A DNA stretch of 50,571 nucleotides from Pseudomonadota bacterium (GTDB taxonomy: Bacteria; Myxococcota_A; Polyangia; Polyangiales; DASUME01). Numbering within the stretch: the first letter of the stretch is position 1; every line of letters begins with the position of its first letter. Below, piece by piece: positions 1-8,536 of the stretch. Made by a program: the position numbers and the translations under genes. A model generated the notes under the pieces. It ran no database searches. It saw only the letters and a list, made by a program, of their open reading frames with translations, and had not been told where the DNA came from. The stretch spans positions 1 through 50,571 of the forward strand of contig JBEGTL010000002.1 in the NCBI GenBank assembly GCA_041179425.1, in the 5' to 3' direction.

Positions 1-122
1 GCCGCTGCGCGGCTCGGTATCGGTGTCAACTTTAATCGGCCCTCCATCCATATTCTATTACGTACGCGGCTTGCGGCCTCATAGCTATATAATAGGGATG
101 GACCCCCGATAAAGGTGGACAC
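1..122. repeat. Left copy of a perfect 122-bp inverted repeat (partner 38080-38201) with an AT-rich core
   Basis: The reverse complement of 1-122 equals 38080-38201, checked base by base. Identity stops at 123/38079, and the outer edge is cut by the window start. Internal imperfect IR arms 23-54 and 91-122 (25/32) flank core 55-90. TATAAT at 88-93. Confidence 0.95.
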
Positions 123-139
123 GCCCTTCGAGCCCGGAG

Positions 140-145
140 TAACCT
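140..145 (+). promoter_or_regulatory. -10-like TAACCT, 7 nt upstream of ATG 153
   Basis: Member of the recurrent TANNNT-5-7 nt-start codon pattern seen across the window. Confidence 0.4.
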
Positions 146-152
146 CTACGCC

Positions 153-602
153 ATGCCCTTTCTGGACATCGACTGGGACGTAGCTTGCGCTGCTTTTCAA
201 GCCTCGCCGAGAACCCTCTATCACTTTTGCCTGGATAACGGCTGGAGCTTGCGTCTCCAGAGCGCGATGTTCGTGCAGCTCAAGCGGCGCGGTCTGGCTT
301 CCTTAGTGCCCAAGCCTGGTCATGCTGGTCGAACCTATCGAGAGCCACGCCCTGTGGCGGAGAAGAAGCCGCGAGGTCGTCCGCGCACCCCGCTGCGCCC
401 TGGTCAGCGTCAGGTGGTGGCCTCTGCGCTGCTCGAGGCGGGCTCACTGAGAGCGCTAGCGAAACTATTGGGAAAGAGCCCGACGATGGTGGCGCAGTAT
501 CGGGACCTGGAGTTGGGGCCGCCGGACGAAAACTGGTTGCAGCTGCTGAACTTACACCTAGCGCACACCCGGAGGGAGCGAAGCGACCAAGGGTGTGCCT
601 GA
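153..602 (+). CDS. DNA-binding protein with an AT-hook-like core (KKPRGRPRTP) and a probable HTH
   Basis: 149-aa ORF with good GC3. RGRP AT-hook core. C-terminal SLRALAKLLGKSPTMVAQY looks like an HTH. First gene downstream of the repeat. Confidence 0.55.
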   Translation: MPFLDIDWDVACAAFQASPRTLYHFCLDNGWSLRLQSAMFVQLKRRGLASLVPKPGHAGRTYREPRPVAEKKPRGRPRTPLRPGQRQVVASALLEAGSLRALAKLLGKSPTMVAQYRDLELGPPDENWLQLLNLHLAHTRRERSDQGCA

Positions 603-678
603 GAGGAGCGCCGCGCGCGCCCGCGCGTGGACAAAGAATCGTGGTGGACACCGGACTGCAAGACGGGTAATCTCAGGG

Positions 679-1182
679 ATGGTGAATAAACACAACGTTG
701 CGACAGCACCCGAGGTTGTCTTTTTCAGCCTGGGGCGCAGGTGGCACCCAGCGCAAGAGGTGTGCGTCGACTACGCCGACTGGCTGCTACTGAAGCCGTA
801 CCGCTGGTACCTGCAGGCGCCAACCGAGCGCAACTTGTGCTGGTACGTCTGGGGCAGGCCGGAGGGCTCTTACGCGCTGCTGCATCGGTGGCTCATGCGT
901 GCGCCCAAAAGCAGGGAGGTGGACCACCGGGATGGCAACGGGCTCAACTGCTGTAGGCATAACATGCGGTTGACGGACCGTCCCCAGAATGCAGCGAACC
1001 GCAAAAGTTCCAATCCACTGGGCCGAGGCGTGTCGTACGTGGACGGGCGAGGCTTCAAGGCCCAGATTCAACATCATGGAGTGCACCACAATCTAGGCTT
1101 CTTCTCTTCAGCTGTGGAAGCGGCTGACGTTTACACCCAAGCCGCGCTCCGTTTGCGCGGAGAACTGGCTAGCAACAGATGA
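679..1182 (+). CDS. HNH endonuclease with C-terminal AP2-like domain
   Basis: HRDGNGLNCCRHNMRLTDRPQNAANR (HNH_3-type) followed by GVSYVDGRGFKAQIQHHGVHHNLGFFSSAVEAADVY (AP2-like). Start chosen at ATG 679, preceded by TAATCT at 668-673; the ORF is open from 595. Confidence 0.8.
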   Translation: MVNKHNVATAPEVVFFSLGRRWHPAQEVCVDYADWLLLKPYRWYLQAPTERNLCWYVWGRPEGSYALLHRWLMRAPKSREVDHRDGNGLNCCRHNMRLTDRPQNAANRKSSNPLGRGVSYVDGRGFKAQIQHHGVHHNLGFFSSAVEAADVYTQAALRLRGELASNR

Positions 1183-1682
1183 AAACGCCCTGGAACGAAG
1201 ATGAAGACGCAGCGATTCGGGGTGCGTACGCGCGCGCTCCGAAGCATCCGAACCTGGCAGCGCTCGGGGTGGTGCTGGACCGCGGCGTGACCGCGGTGGC
1301 CAACCGAGCCAAGAAGCTGGGGCTGTCGGCCGCCCGCATGGAGCCCTCGAAGCAGCGCCTCGCAGCGGAGATGGTCTCCCAGGGGAGCTCGCTCTCGGTG
1401 ACCGCCGACCGGCTCGGCGCGACCAAGATGCAGGTGCGGCACGCGTGCAAGAAGCACGGCGTCAAGCCCTGCCTCAGGAGCGCGACCGACGCTCGGCGCA
1501 GCGGCCCCTCGGCGGTGACCCCTCCGAACGTCCAAGCTGCGATGCAGCTGGTCGCCTCCGGTCAGATGTCCATGACCCAGGCTGCGCTCGTGCGCGGCAT
1601 CACCCTCAAGAGGTTGGCCTACTACTGTAGGCGCGACGGCATCGTTTCCAAGTTCTCCCACATCACAGGAGCAGCATCGTGA
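1179..1682 (+). CDS. Putative DNA-binding protein (Myb/SANT-like N-terminus plus HTH-like repeats)
   Basis: ATGA overlap with the upstream stop. WNEDEDAAIRGAY...ANRAKKLGL, and two later helix-turn-helix-like segments. Confidence 0.45.
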   Translation: MKTPWNEDEDAAIRGAYARAPKHPNLAALGVVLDRGVTAVANRAKKLGLSAARMEPSKQRLAAEMVSQGSSLSVTADRLGATKMQVRHACKKHGVKPCLRSATDARRSGPSAVTPPNVQAAMQLVASGQMSMTQAALVRGITLKRLAYYCRRDGIVSKFSHITGAAS

Positions 1683-2326
1683 CCACTTCCGCCCTCAAGC
1701 CCCTCAACGAAGAGTCCACCCGCATCGCAAGAGCCGTGAACGCTCTGGCGTTCGACCAGCACTGGCGCACCCTGAAAGCCGAGACCATCGCCACCGCGCT
1801 GGGGATTCCCTTCGGCAGCATGGTCACGGGAGAGGTGCTGGAGCCGAGCGGTGCCCGCGGCAAGAACTACGACTCTTTCGTGAGTGGCGCACTCATCTGC
1901 GCGGGCCAGCTGGGCGTGGGCATCGTCGAGGAGCTGCTGGGCAACGTCGCGGCGGAGGCGGGCTCGGCTCGGAACCAGGGCATCATCCTGCCGGAGGTCT
2001 CCCACGTCACCGAGACCGTGTTCGCTCTCCTCCAGGCGATGTCCAAGTTCCCGGCCGTCGCCATCGCGCTGGAGCTCTTCAACTCGAGCTCGTACCCCGA
2101 GCGCCAGCGTCTGGTCGCCGCGTTCGCCCGCACGGCCCACGTGTCCGAGGAGCGCGCCAGCGCGGCCCTGAACATCTGCCTGGCGACGCTGATGGGCGGC
2201 GCGCACGCGACTGCCGCGGACGCCAACGTGGTGGCCAGCTACATGGTGAGCGCCGTCTACCACGTGTGTGGCGTCGAGCTGCCCGACACCAAGCCAGCGC
2301 TAACCCCCACCGAGCTGCTCAACTGA
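1679..2326 (+). CDS. Hypothetical protein
   Basis: 215-aa ORF, GTGA start/stop overlap, good GC3, no recognised motif. Confidence 0.5.
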   Translation: MTTSALKPLNEESTRIARAVNALAFDQHWRTLKAETIATALGIPFGSMVTGEVLEPSGARGKNYDSFVSGALICAGQLGVGIVEELLGNVAAEAGSARNQGIILPEVSHVTETVFALLQAMSKFPAVAIALELFNSSSYPERQRLVAAFARTAHVSEERASAALNICLATLMGGAHATAADANVVASYMVSAVYHVCGVELPDTKPALTPTELLN

Positions 2327-2399
2327 CATGTCCTGCACCGTCCGAGAGCTGGCTAACAAGTACCTGGACGCGCCGCCGGCCATGTGACACACCTAGGGT

Positions 2400-2966
2400 G
2401 TGGCCGGACGCAAAAAGACATACGACGCTGGTGATGGCATCAACCTTGCGAGCTTTGTTCGCCCCAAGGATGCCATCCCGCTCGAAAAGACCGACCTCGA
2501 CAAGGTAGTGGTCCGCCGCGGGCGCCGCCGCGCGCTCACGTCGCTCGAAATCGACGTGTTCTGCCGCGTGCTGGACCAGCCCGCTACGTTCGAGCAAGCC
2601 TGCGCGGCCATCGCGGTCCCAGTGCGCACGATGCACGACTGGATTGCGAAGGGTCGCGAGGATGACTGCGATGACCCCATCATGTTGGAGCTCGCGGCCA
2701 AGTACGGCGCCGTCGAGAGCTCGGGCTACCGCGACTGGGCGATGCGCAACTTGCTCGACCACGCCAAGGATGACGCGCGCGCGGCCATCAAGGCAGCCGA
2801 GATTCTGGTCAAGGGAGCGAACACCGCCAAGAACATGAAGGTGGAGATGGAAGTCTCTGCCGGCGGCTCCAAGTCCGACGTGAACTGGGCGCTCGCGACC
2901 GACGAGGAGATGTCCATCGCCAACGCCTACGAGCGCGTAGTCGCGCGGCTGAGGGCCATCTCGTGA
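2400..2966 (+). CDS. Putative terminase small subunit (HTH protein upstream of TerL)
   Basis: Position two genes before TerL. HTH-like ATFEQACAAIAVPVRTMHDWIAKG. Confidence 0.4.
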   Translation: MAGRKKTYDAGDGINLASFVRPKDAIPLEKTDLDKVVVRRGRRRALTSLEIDVFCRVLDQPATFEQACAAIAVPVRTMHDWIAKGREDDCDDPIMLELAAKYGAVESSGYRDWAMRNLLDHAKDDARAAIKAAEILVKGANTAKNMKVEMEVSAGGSKSDVNWALATDEEMSIANAYERVVARLRAIS

Positions 2967-3073
2967 CCCTGCGCGAGGTCGTGGCTCAGTTCGAGGTGCG
3001 CGCCTGGCCGAACGGCCGCTGGGCGTGGCGCTGCAACGGCGGCATCTGGCATCTGCAGGGTGTGCTCTCGTGA
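2963..3073 (+). CDS. Small Trp-rich hypothetical protein (36 aa), absent from the ORF track
   Basis: GTGA overlaps at both ends (2963 and 3070), high GC3, bridges two genes without a gap. Confidence 0.3.
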   Translation: MTLREVVAQFEVRAWPNGRWAWRCNGGIWHLQGVLS

Positions 3074-3525
3074 AGACCTTCCAGCAGAAGCTCGCGGACA
3101 GCTACGCCCGACTCGAGGCCGGGCTGGTCATCCCCAAGGAGCTGCTGCCGCGCAAGCCCGCGAAGCGCTGCGCCACCGCGCTGGCCGGTCGCTGGGACGT
3201 CGCGGAGTGCAACGGCGAGGCTTGGTCCGAAGGGCTGTGCACGGGCTGTCTAGTGGCGCGCGGGCGCCGCTACACCGAGGCGCGCAAGGCTGCCGAGGAC
3301 GCGCAGCGCCGTCGCGACTACACCGCGGCTCGCCGCGCCGCGCGCGCGATGGGTGACAGCCAGCTGCTGAGGGAGCTCAAGTACCGCCGAGCGCACGGCT
3401 TCGAGCTCCTGAACATCGACATCTCTCCCGACGCTAAGTGGCGCGTCAAGTGGCAGCGTCTTCTTGGCAGCCCACTGGATGGCGCACAGACTGCAGGTGC
3501 CTCGCGGGAGTCGCGAAGAAGTTGA
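3070..3525 (+). CDS. Hypothetical protein
   Basis: GTG 3070 overlaps the preceding TGA and is in frame with track ORF 3025-3525. CNGEAWSEGLCTGC Cys motif. Confidence 0.5.
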   Translation: MKTFQQKLADSYARLEAGLVIPKELLPRKPAKRCATALAGRWDVAECNGEAWSEGLCTGCLVARGRRYTEARKAAEDAQRRRDYTAARRAARAMGDSQLLRELKYRRAHGFELLNIDISPDAKWRVKWQRLLGSPLDGAQTAGASRESRRS

Positions 3526-3582
3526 ACGGGCCGTGCGCGCGCTGCGCGCTGCTCATGGCGAGTTCGCCAATCACGGCGACAA

Positions 3583-6132
3583 GTGGGCTGGGCTTATCCA
3601 GCACGAAAGCACCTCATGGACTCCAACTTCATCCGCGCATACATCGAGCGAAACGGTCTCCTAGCTTTCGTAGAGAAGTTCTGGCACGAGGCCGGCGAGG
3701 CCATCGAGCTCATCGTCGAGCCTCACATGGTGCTCATCTGCAAGCACCTGGAGGCGTGCGCCATCAACGGCACGCGCCAGCTCAAGCCAGAGACCAAGAA
3801 CCTGGCGTGGGTGCGCGCGGTGCCCGAGCCCATCGACTACCTGGTGATTGCTATCCCGCCCGGTATGTCGCAACCTCACAGCGAGCCCGTCCTGCTGGAG
3901 CGCGGGTGGGTCGGCATGGGTGACGTCCGTGTCGGAGACCGCATCTACGGTTCGGACGGCAAACTGCACGCGGTCACCGCGCTTCACCCCCAGGGACCCC
4001 GCAAGGTCTGGGAGCTGGAGTTCAGCGACGGCACCAAGGTGCGTTGTGACGGCGATCACTTGTGGACGCTGAAGAACCGCAATGGCACCGTACGCACGAA
4101 GACCGCGCGCGAGTGGGCGGGCTACCCGCTCAAAAAGACCAACGGAGGCGCCATGGCGTCCACGCTATTCGCCCCCATGGTCTCGCCCATCCAGCGCCCC
4201 GAGGCCGACCTACCTCTCGACCCCTACACGCTGGGGTTGCTGCTCGGCGACGGGTCGTTCACAGCCGGACAGAGCGCCAACTTCACCTCGGCCGACCCCG
4301 AGCTGGTCGACGCGCTGGTGCTGCCTGTGGGTCTCAAGAAGACGACCTACAGCAAGCCGGGCACAACCGCCGTCATGGTGTCGCTCACGACCGAGCGCGG
4401 CCAGGAGAACGGCCTGCTGGACGCCCTAGAGCACCTGGGGCTGCGCGGCAAGAACAGCCACACCAAGTTCATCCCCAGGATGTACCTGAGCGGCAGCATC
4501 GACCAGCGGCTGGCGTTGCTCCGAGGCATTCTGGACACGGATGGCACGCAGGTCGGCAGCTCGGCGCGAATCACGGTCGCCTCCAAGGCGCTGGCTGACG
4601 GCGTGGCCGAGCTGGTCGAGTCGCTGGGTGGCACCGCTTCGCGCCAGGAGCCGAACGGCTTCTACTCGGTCTACATCAACCTGGAGCAGAACCCCTTCAA
4701 GCTGGCGCGAAAGGCTGACTCGTTCACCAAGGCGGCGCACCAGCGCAAGCCGTACCGCGCTGTGGTCGCCATCCACGAGACCGAGGCCCTGGAAGAATGC
4801 TCCTGCATCACGGTCTCGGCCGAGGACTCGCTGTACGTGACCAAGCACCACGTCGTGACGCACAACTCGAAGTCCAAAATCGTCTCGGTCTTCTTCCCCG
4901 CGTGGGTTTGGACGTGGTGCCCCGGGGCCAAGTTCATCACCACCTCGTACGCCGACGACTTGGCCATCGACTTCGGCCGCCAGGCGTACGACGTCATGCG
5001 CTCGGAGAAGTACCGCTCCGCCTGGCCGGGCATGGAAATCGAGGAAGGCGACCGCGCGGCCATGTCCGACTACCGCAACTCCAAGGGTGGACGGCGCTGG
5101 TCGATGCCTATGGGCGGTAAGGTCACGGGTAAGCACGGCCACTTCTTGCTGAGTGATGACCCGGTCAAGCCCGACGACCTCAAGCTCGGCGGCGACAGCG
5201 CGCGCGAAGCGCTCAACCAGACCAAGTACCGCTGGGACGCGCTCTTCAGCAACCGCTCGGCGCACCCGCCCACCTTCACGCGCATCGTCATCGCGCAGCG
5301 CCTCCACTCGGAGGACCTGAGCGGACACGCCATCAAGCAGGGCGCCATCCACCTGCGCCTGCCGATGCTGTTCGAGCCCCATGACGCCTACGAGAGCGTG
5401 TGGGGAAACGACTGGCGCTCCGGGGAGGGGGAGCTGCTCGCGCCCGAGCGCTTCCCTCAAAACGTCGTCGACATGCGACAGCTCATCACTCCCGCGCGTG
5501 ACTTCGCCGCGCAGTACCAGCAGCGGCCGTCGCCCGAGGGCGGCGCGCACTTCCAGCGCGAGTGGTTCCTAAACAGGTACACGGGCACGCCGTGGGGGCA
5601 GGCGCCCATCATGCTCTCGGTAGACGCCTCCCACAAGGAGACCAAGAAGTCCGACTTCTTCGTACTTCAGGCGTGGGCCCGCCAGCGCGCTAACTACTAC
5701 CTCGTGGACCAAGTCCGCGCGCGGCTCGGCTTCACCGACCAGCTCACCGCCATCCTCACGATGAAGGCCAAGTGGGCGAACGTGAAGACCATACTCATCG
5801 AGGAGAAGGCGAACGGCGCCGCGCTAGTGAACGCGCTCAAGAAGAACGTGCCGGGCGTCATCGCCATCGAGCCCGACGGCGGCAAGGAGTCGCGCGCGGC
5901 CTCCACCACGTGGCTGTGGAAGAGCGGCTGCATCTGGCTGCCGGCGAACGCTGGCTGGCTGGGCGACTACGTTGAGGAGCACATCACGTTCCCGGTCGGC
6001 TCCTACGACGACCAGGTGGACTGCACCTCACAGCTCCTGAACTGGGCCTCGGCGAAGGACAAGCACACGCTTTTCCTGCAGGCCATGGCCGTCCAAGGGA
6101 AGAAGATGAACTCCCTTGACTGGCTGCTCTGA
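3583..6132 (+). CDS. terL: Terminase large subunit, interrupted by an intein
   Basis: The exteins read IAIPPGM|SKSKIVSVFFPAWVWTWCPGAKFITTSYADDLA, a Terminase_6-like P-loop region. C-terminal nuclease-like region. Lies directly upstream of the portal gene. Alternative start ATG 3616. Confidence 0.9.
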   Translation: MGWAYPARKHLMDSNFIRAYIERNGLLAFVEKFWHEAGEAIELIVEPHMVLICKHLEACAINGTRQLKPETKNLAWVRAVPEPIDYLVIAIPPGMSQPHSEPVLLERGWVGMGDVRVGDRIYGSDGKLHAVTALHPQGPRKVWELEFSDGTKVRCDGDHLWTLKNRNGTVRTKTAREWAGYPLKKTNGGAMASTLFAPMVSPIQRPEADLPLDPYTLGLLLGDGSFTAGQSANFTSADPELVDALVLPVGLKKTTYSKPGTTAVMVSLTTERGQENGLLDALEHLGLRGKNSHTKFIPRMYLSGSIDQRLALLRGILDTDGTQVGSSARITVASKALADGVAELVESLGGTASRQEPNGFYSVYINLEQNPFKLARKADSFTKAAHQRKPYRAVVAIHETEALEECSCITVSAEDSLYVTKHHVVTHNSKSKIVSVFFPAWVWTWCPGAKFITTSYADDLAIDFGRQAYDVMRSEKYRSAWPGMEIEEGDRAAMSDYRNSKGGRRWSMPMGGKVTGKHGHFLLSDDPVKPDDLKLGGDSAREALNQTKYRWDALFSNRSAHPPTFTRIVIAQRLHSEDLSGHAIKQGAIHLRLPMLFEPHDAYESVWGNDWRSGEGELLAPERFPQNVVDMRQLITPARDFAAQYQQRPSPEGGAHFQREWFLNRYTGTPWGQAPIMLSVDASHKETKKSDFFVLQAWARQRANYYLVDQVRARLGFTDQLTAILTMKAKWANVKTILIEEKANGAALVNALKKNVPGVIAIEPDGGKESRAASTTWLWKSGCIWLPANAGWLGDYVEEHITFPVGSYDDQVDCTSQLLNWASAKDKHTLFLQAMAVQGKKMNSLDWLL
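3868..4866 (+). mobile_element. Intein (333 aa) with LAGLIDADG homing endonuclease, inserted in the TerL P-loop
   Basis: Starts at Ser96 (SQPHSEPVLLERG aligns with block A). Block B is GDHLW. LAGLIDADG blocks are LLLGDGSF and LLRGILDTDGT. Block F is CSCITV. It ends VVTHN, followed by +1 Ser (4867). Confidence 0.8.
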
Positions 6133-6151
6133 TTTCGGCGATGCTCTGGTC

Positions 6152-6388
6152 ATGACGACCCGGAACACCAAGGATTTGTACTTCGACTCCCCCGCCCAGA
6201 TTCAGTGCTTCGCGGAGGCTTGGGCCGACCGCATCGCCTGGTTGAACGGGGAGGCCACCGAGATGCACTTGGAGGAGCCCAAACGCAGCACGCAGCTTAC
6301 GGTCCGTCCGCCTCGCATGCCGTCGCGCCGAAACGAGCTGCCGCCTCCAGCACATCTTGACCTGGGGTCGCGCTTCAGCCCCTTCTGA
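6152..6388 (+). CDS. Hypothetical small protein
   Basis: ATG 6152 lies inside track ORF 6116-6388. GC3 is good in the first half only. Confidence 0.35.
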   Translation: MTTRNTKDLYFDSPAQIQCFAEAWADRIAWLNGEATEMHLEEPKRSTQLTVRPPRMPSRRNELPPPAHLDLGSRFSPF

Positions 6389-6430
6389 GATGACCGTGGT
6401 CGCCCGACGTGGGCCGTGTCACAATGCGGG

Positions 6431-8065
6431 ATGAGCAACCTGCCCGCGCTTCGCGACAACATCCAGAACTTCATTGAGAAGTTCAAGTCGAAGGCCGTCA
6501 TGGACGGCTTCGCGAACGCTATGACCGGCCTGGGCACCAGCCGGGACAAGACGACGTTCTCAGCCTGGGTGGCAGACCCGCCCCTGATGGATGACGAGCT
6601 CGAAGCCGTCTACGAGTCGAACGACCTGGCGCAGGTCATCGTCGACAAAATCGTGGACGACTCGCTGCGCGAGCCCTTCACCATCAAGATGGTCGACGGC
6701 GAGCCCGACGAGGACGAGGGCCGCTACATCATGAAGCGCTGGACCGAGCTGCAGGGCAAAGACGAGCGCTTCAAGCGCGGCTGCAAGTGGGGCCGGCTGT
6801 TCGGTGGAGGCGGCGTCATCGTGGTCGCCAAGAGCGGCACGAACACCTCACGCGCGCCGCTGCTCGACGAGAAGGTCACCGAGGTCGTGAAGCTCATCGA
6901 CTTCGACAAGCAGCAGATGCAGCCGTACACGTTCAATACCGACGGCTCGGTGCGGACGTTCCTCTACACGCCCGTGATTCTGGGCATGGCCGCGGGCACC
7001 AACGTGCTGCCCATCGAGGTGCACACCTCGCGCGTCATCTTGTGCCCCGGCGCGAGCACCACGAACAAGGCCCGCCAGGCGAACGAGGGCTGGGACCACT
7101 CGGTGCTCAAGCGCGTGCGCGCAGCGCTGCTGTCCTTCGACGGCATGTGGAAGAGCGTCGACAACATGTTCTCTGACGCCTCCCAGGCGGTGTTCAAGAT
7201 GCAGGGGCTCATCCAGTCCCTAGCTGAAGACACCGGCCCCAACGCGGTGCAGGTGCGCCTCCAGCTGATGGACCGCATCCGCTCGGTCGCGCGCGCCATC
7301 ATCCTCGATGCCGGCGACGAGCAAGGGAACGGCGCCGAGGACTTCGAGCTCAAGGAGCGCGCGTCGCTCGGCGGGCTCGACGGCGTTATCGGCCAGTACA
7401 TGGTGCGTCTCGCGACCGCCGCGCGCATGCCGCTCACCGTGCTGCTCGGCATGGCGCCCGCCGGCATGGACGCCACCGGCGAGTCGGACATGGTCCTGTA
7501 CTTCAACACGGTGGACATCTACCGCCAGAACGTCCTGCAGGAGCGCATCGAGCGCATCCTGAACATGCTCGCCCTCGAGTACCGCGCCAGCGCCATCGTC
7601 GAGGACGCCTTCTCCAAGCTGGAGAGCGGCGAGGAGCCCGACGACTCCGATGAGGAAGAGACCGGCCGCTGGTGCATCGAGTGGCCCGAGCTCGCGCGTC
7701 CGAAGCCCATCGACGTAGCCACCGCCGAGAACATGCGCATCACGTCCGCGATGCAGCTGGTCGACGGCACGGTCATCCAGGCCGAAGAGCTGGCCTTGCG
7801 CCTCTCCGACGTGGCCGCGCGCGGCATCACCGCGCTCGACCTCAACTTGCAGCCGCGCCGCGCAGCACTCGAGGCAGCTCACGAGGAGGTCGCGAACCGC
7901 GAGGTGGGTCTGGGTAAGGCCGAAGCTACGGCTGCCGTCGAGACCGAGAACGCCATCAAGGTCGAAAAGTCCAAGCCGAAGTCCGTGGGGCCCAAGGGCA
8001 AAGCGCCCGCCGGCAAGATGAGCAAGCGAAAGACCCCTAGTAAAGCGGCGAAGCGCCAGGTATAA
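6431..8065 (+). CDS. Portal protein (DUF1073-like)
   Basis: The N-terminus FANAMTGLGTSRDKT is typical of DUF1073 portals. Size and position after TerL fit. The ORF is open from 6416. Confidence 0.8.
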   Translation: MSNLPALRDNIQNFIEKFKSKAVMDGFANAMTGLGTSRDKTTFSAWVADPPLMDDELEAVYESNDLAQVIVDKIVDDSLREPFTIKMVDGEPDEDEGRYIMKRWTELQGKDERFKRGCKWGRLFGGGGVIVVAKSGTNTSRAPLLDEKVTEVVKLIDFDKQQMQPYTFNTDGSVRTFLYTPVILGMAAGTNVLPIEVHTSRVILCPGASTTNKARQANEGWDHSVLKRVRAALLSFDGMWKSVDNMFSDASQAVFKMQGLIQSLAEDTGPNAVQVRLQLMDRIRSVARAIILDAGDEQGNGAEDFELKERASLGGLDGVIGQYMVRLATAARMPLTVLLGMAPAGMDATGESDMVLYFNTVDIYRQNVLQERIERILNMLALEYRASAIVEDAFSKLESGEEPDDSDEEETGRWCIEWPELARPKPIDVATAENMRITSAMQLVDGTVIQAEELALRLSDVAARGITALDLNLQPRRAALEAAHEEVANREVGLGKAEATAAVETENAIKVEKSKPKSVGPKGKAPAGKMSKRKTPSKAAKRQV

Positions 8066-8071
8066 AGGGGA

Positions 8072-8536
8072 ATGAGCTCCAAACACGACGTCTTCCTGAG
8101 CCTGTACGCCCGCTACCCGGGAGTTTTCGTCCACTTCGACGGCTTCCACACAGAAGTAATCATCGGCGGGGCCAAGCGCTCCGAGGGCGTCGTCTTTCAG
8201 TACGGCAAGGCTCAGGCGCGGCCCATCCCGGACCTCGACGTAAACAGCCTTGGCATTCGCGGCACGCTGTCGTTCGGGGGCCAGCAGCACTGGACGTTCG
8301 TCCCGTGGCTGGCCGTGTGGGCAATCGCTGCTGAGGGAGCCCAAGACGGCGGCGTCTGGGCTGCGGACGTGCCCGAGCGCATGATGGCCGTTCTGAAGGA
8401 GAACGCGCAGCGCGCGAAGAAGCCGAAGTCGGACGTCCGCGAGCTCAAGGCCACCAAGGCTGGCGCGGTCTACGAGCGCGAAGACAACATCATCCGCCCG
8501 CGGTTCGGCGCGAAGCGCAATGACTTCTCGGCGTAA
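8072..8536 (+). CDS. SspB-like (ClpXP adaptor fold) protein
   Basis: GVVFQYGKAQARPIPDLDVNSLGIRGTLSFGGQQHWTFVPWLAVWAIAAEGAQDG parallels E. coli SspB IVLNIAPRAVGNLELANDEVRFNARFGGIPRQVSVPLAAVLAIYARENGAG. Confidence 0.45.
   Translation: MSSKHDVFLSLYARYPGVFVHFDGFHTEVIIGGAKRSEGVVFQYGKAQARPIPDLDVNSLGIRGTLSFGGQQHWTFVPWLAVWAIAAEGAQDGGVWAADVPERMMAVLKENAQRAKKPKSDVRELKATKAGAVYEREDNIIRPRFGAKRNDFSA

Noticed and set aside
2328-2387. 19-codon ORF in the 73-nt gap before the putative small terminase gene
   Set aside because: It is too short, has no recognisable motif, and has no supporting signal.
3583-6132. TerL and the primase-polymerase fusion (38350-40899) are both 849 aa
   Set aside because: The sequences are unrelated, so the equal length is a coincidence.
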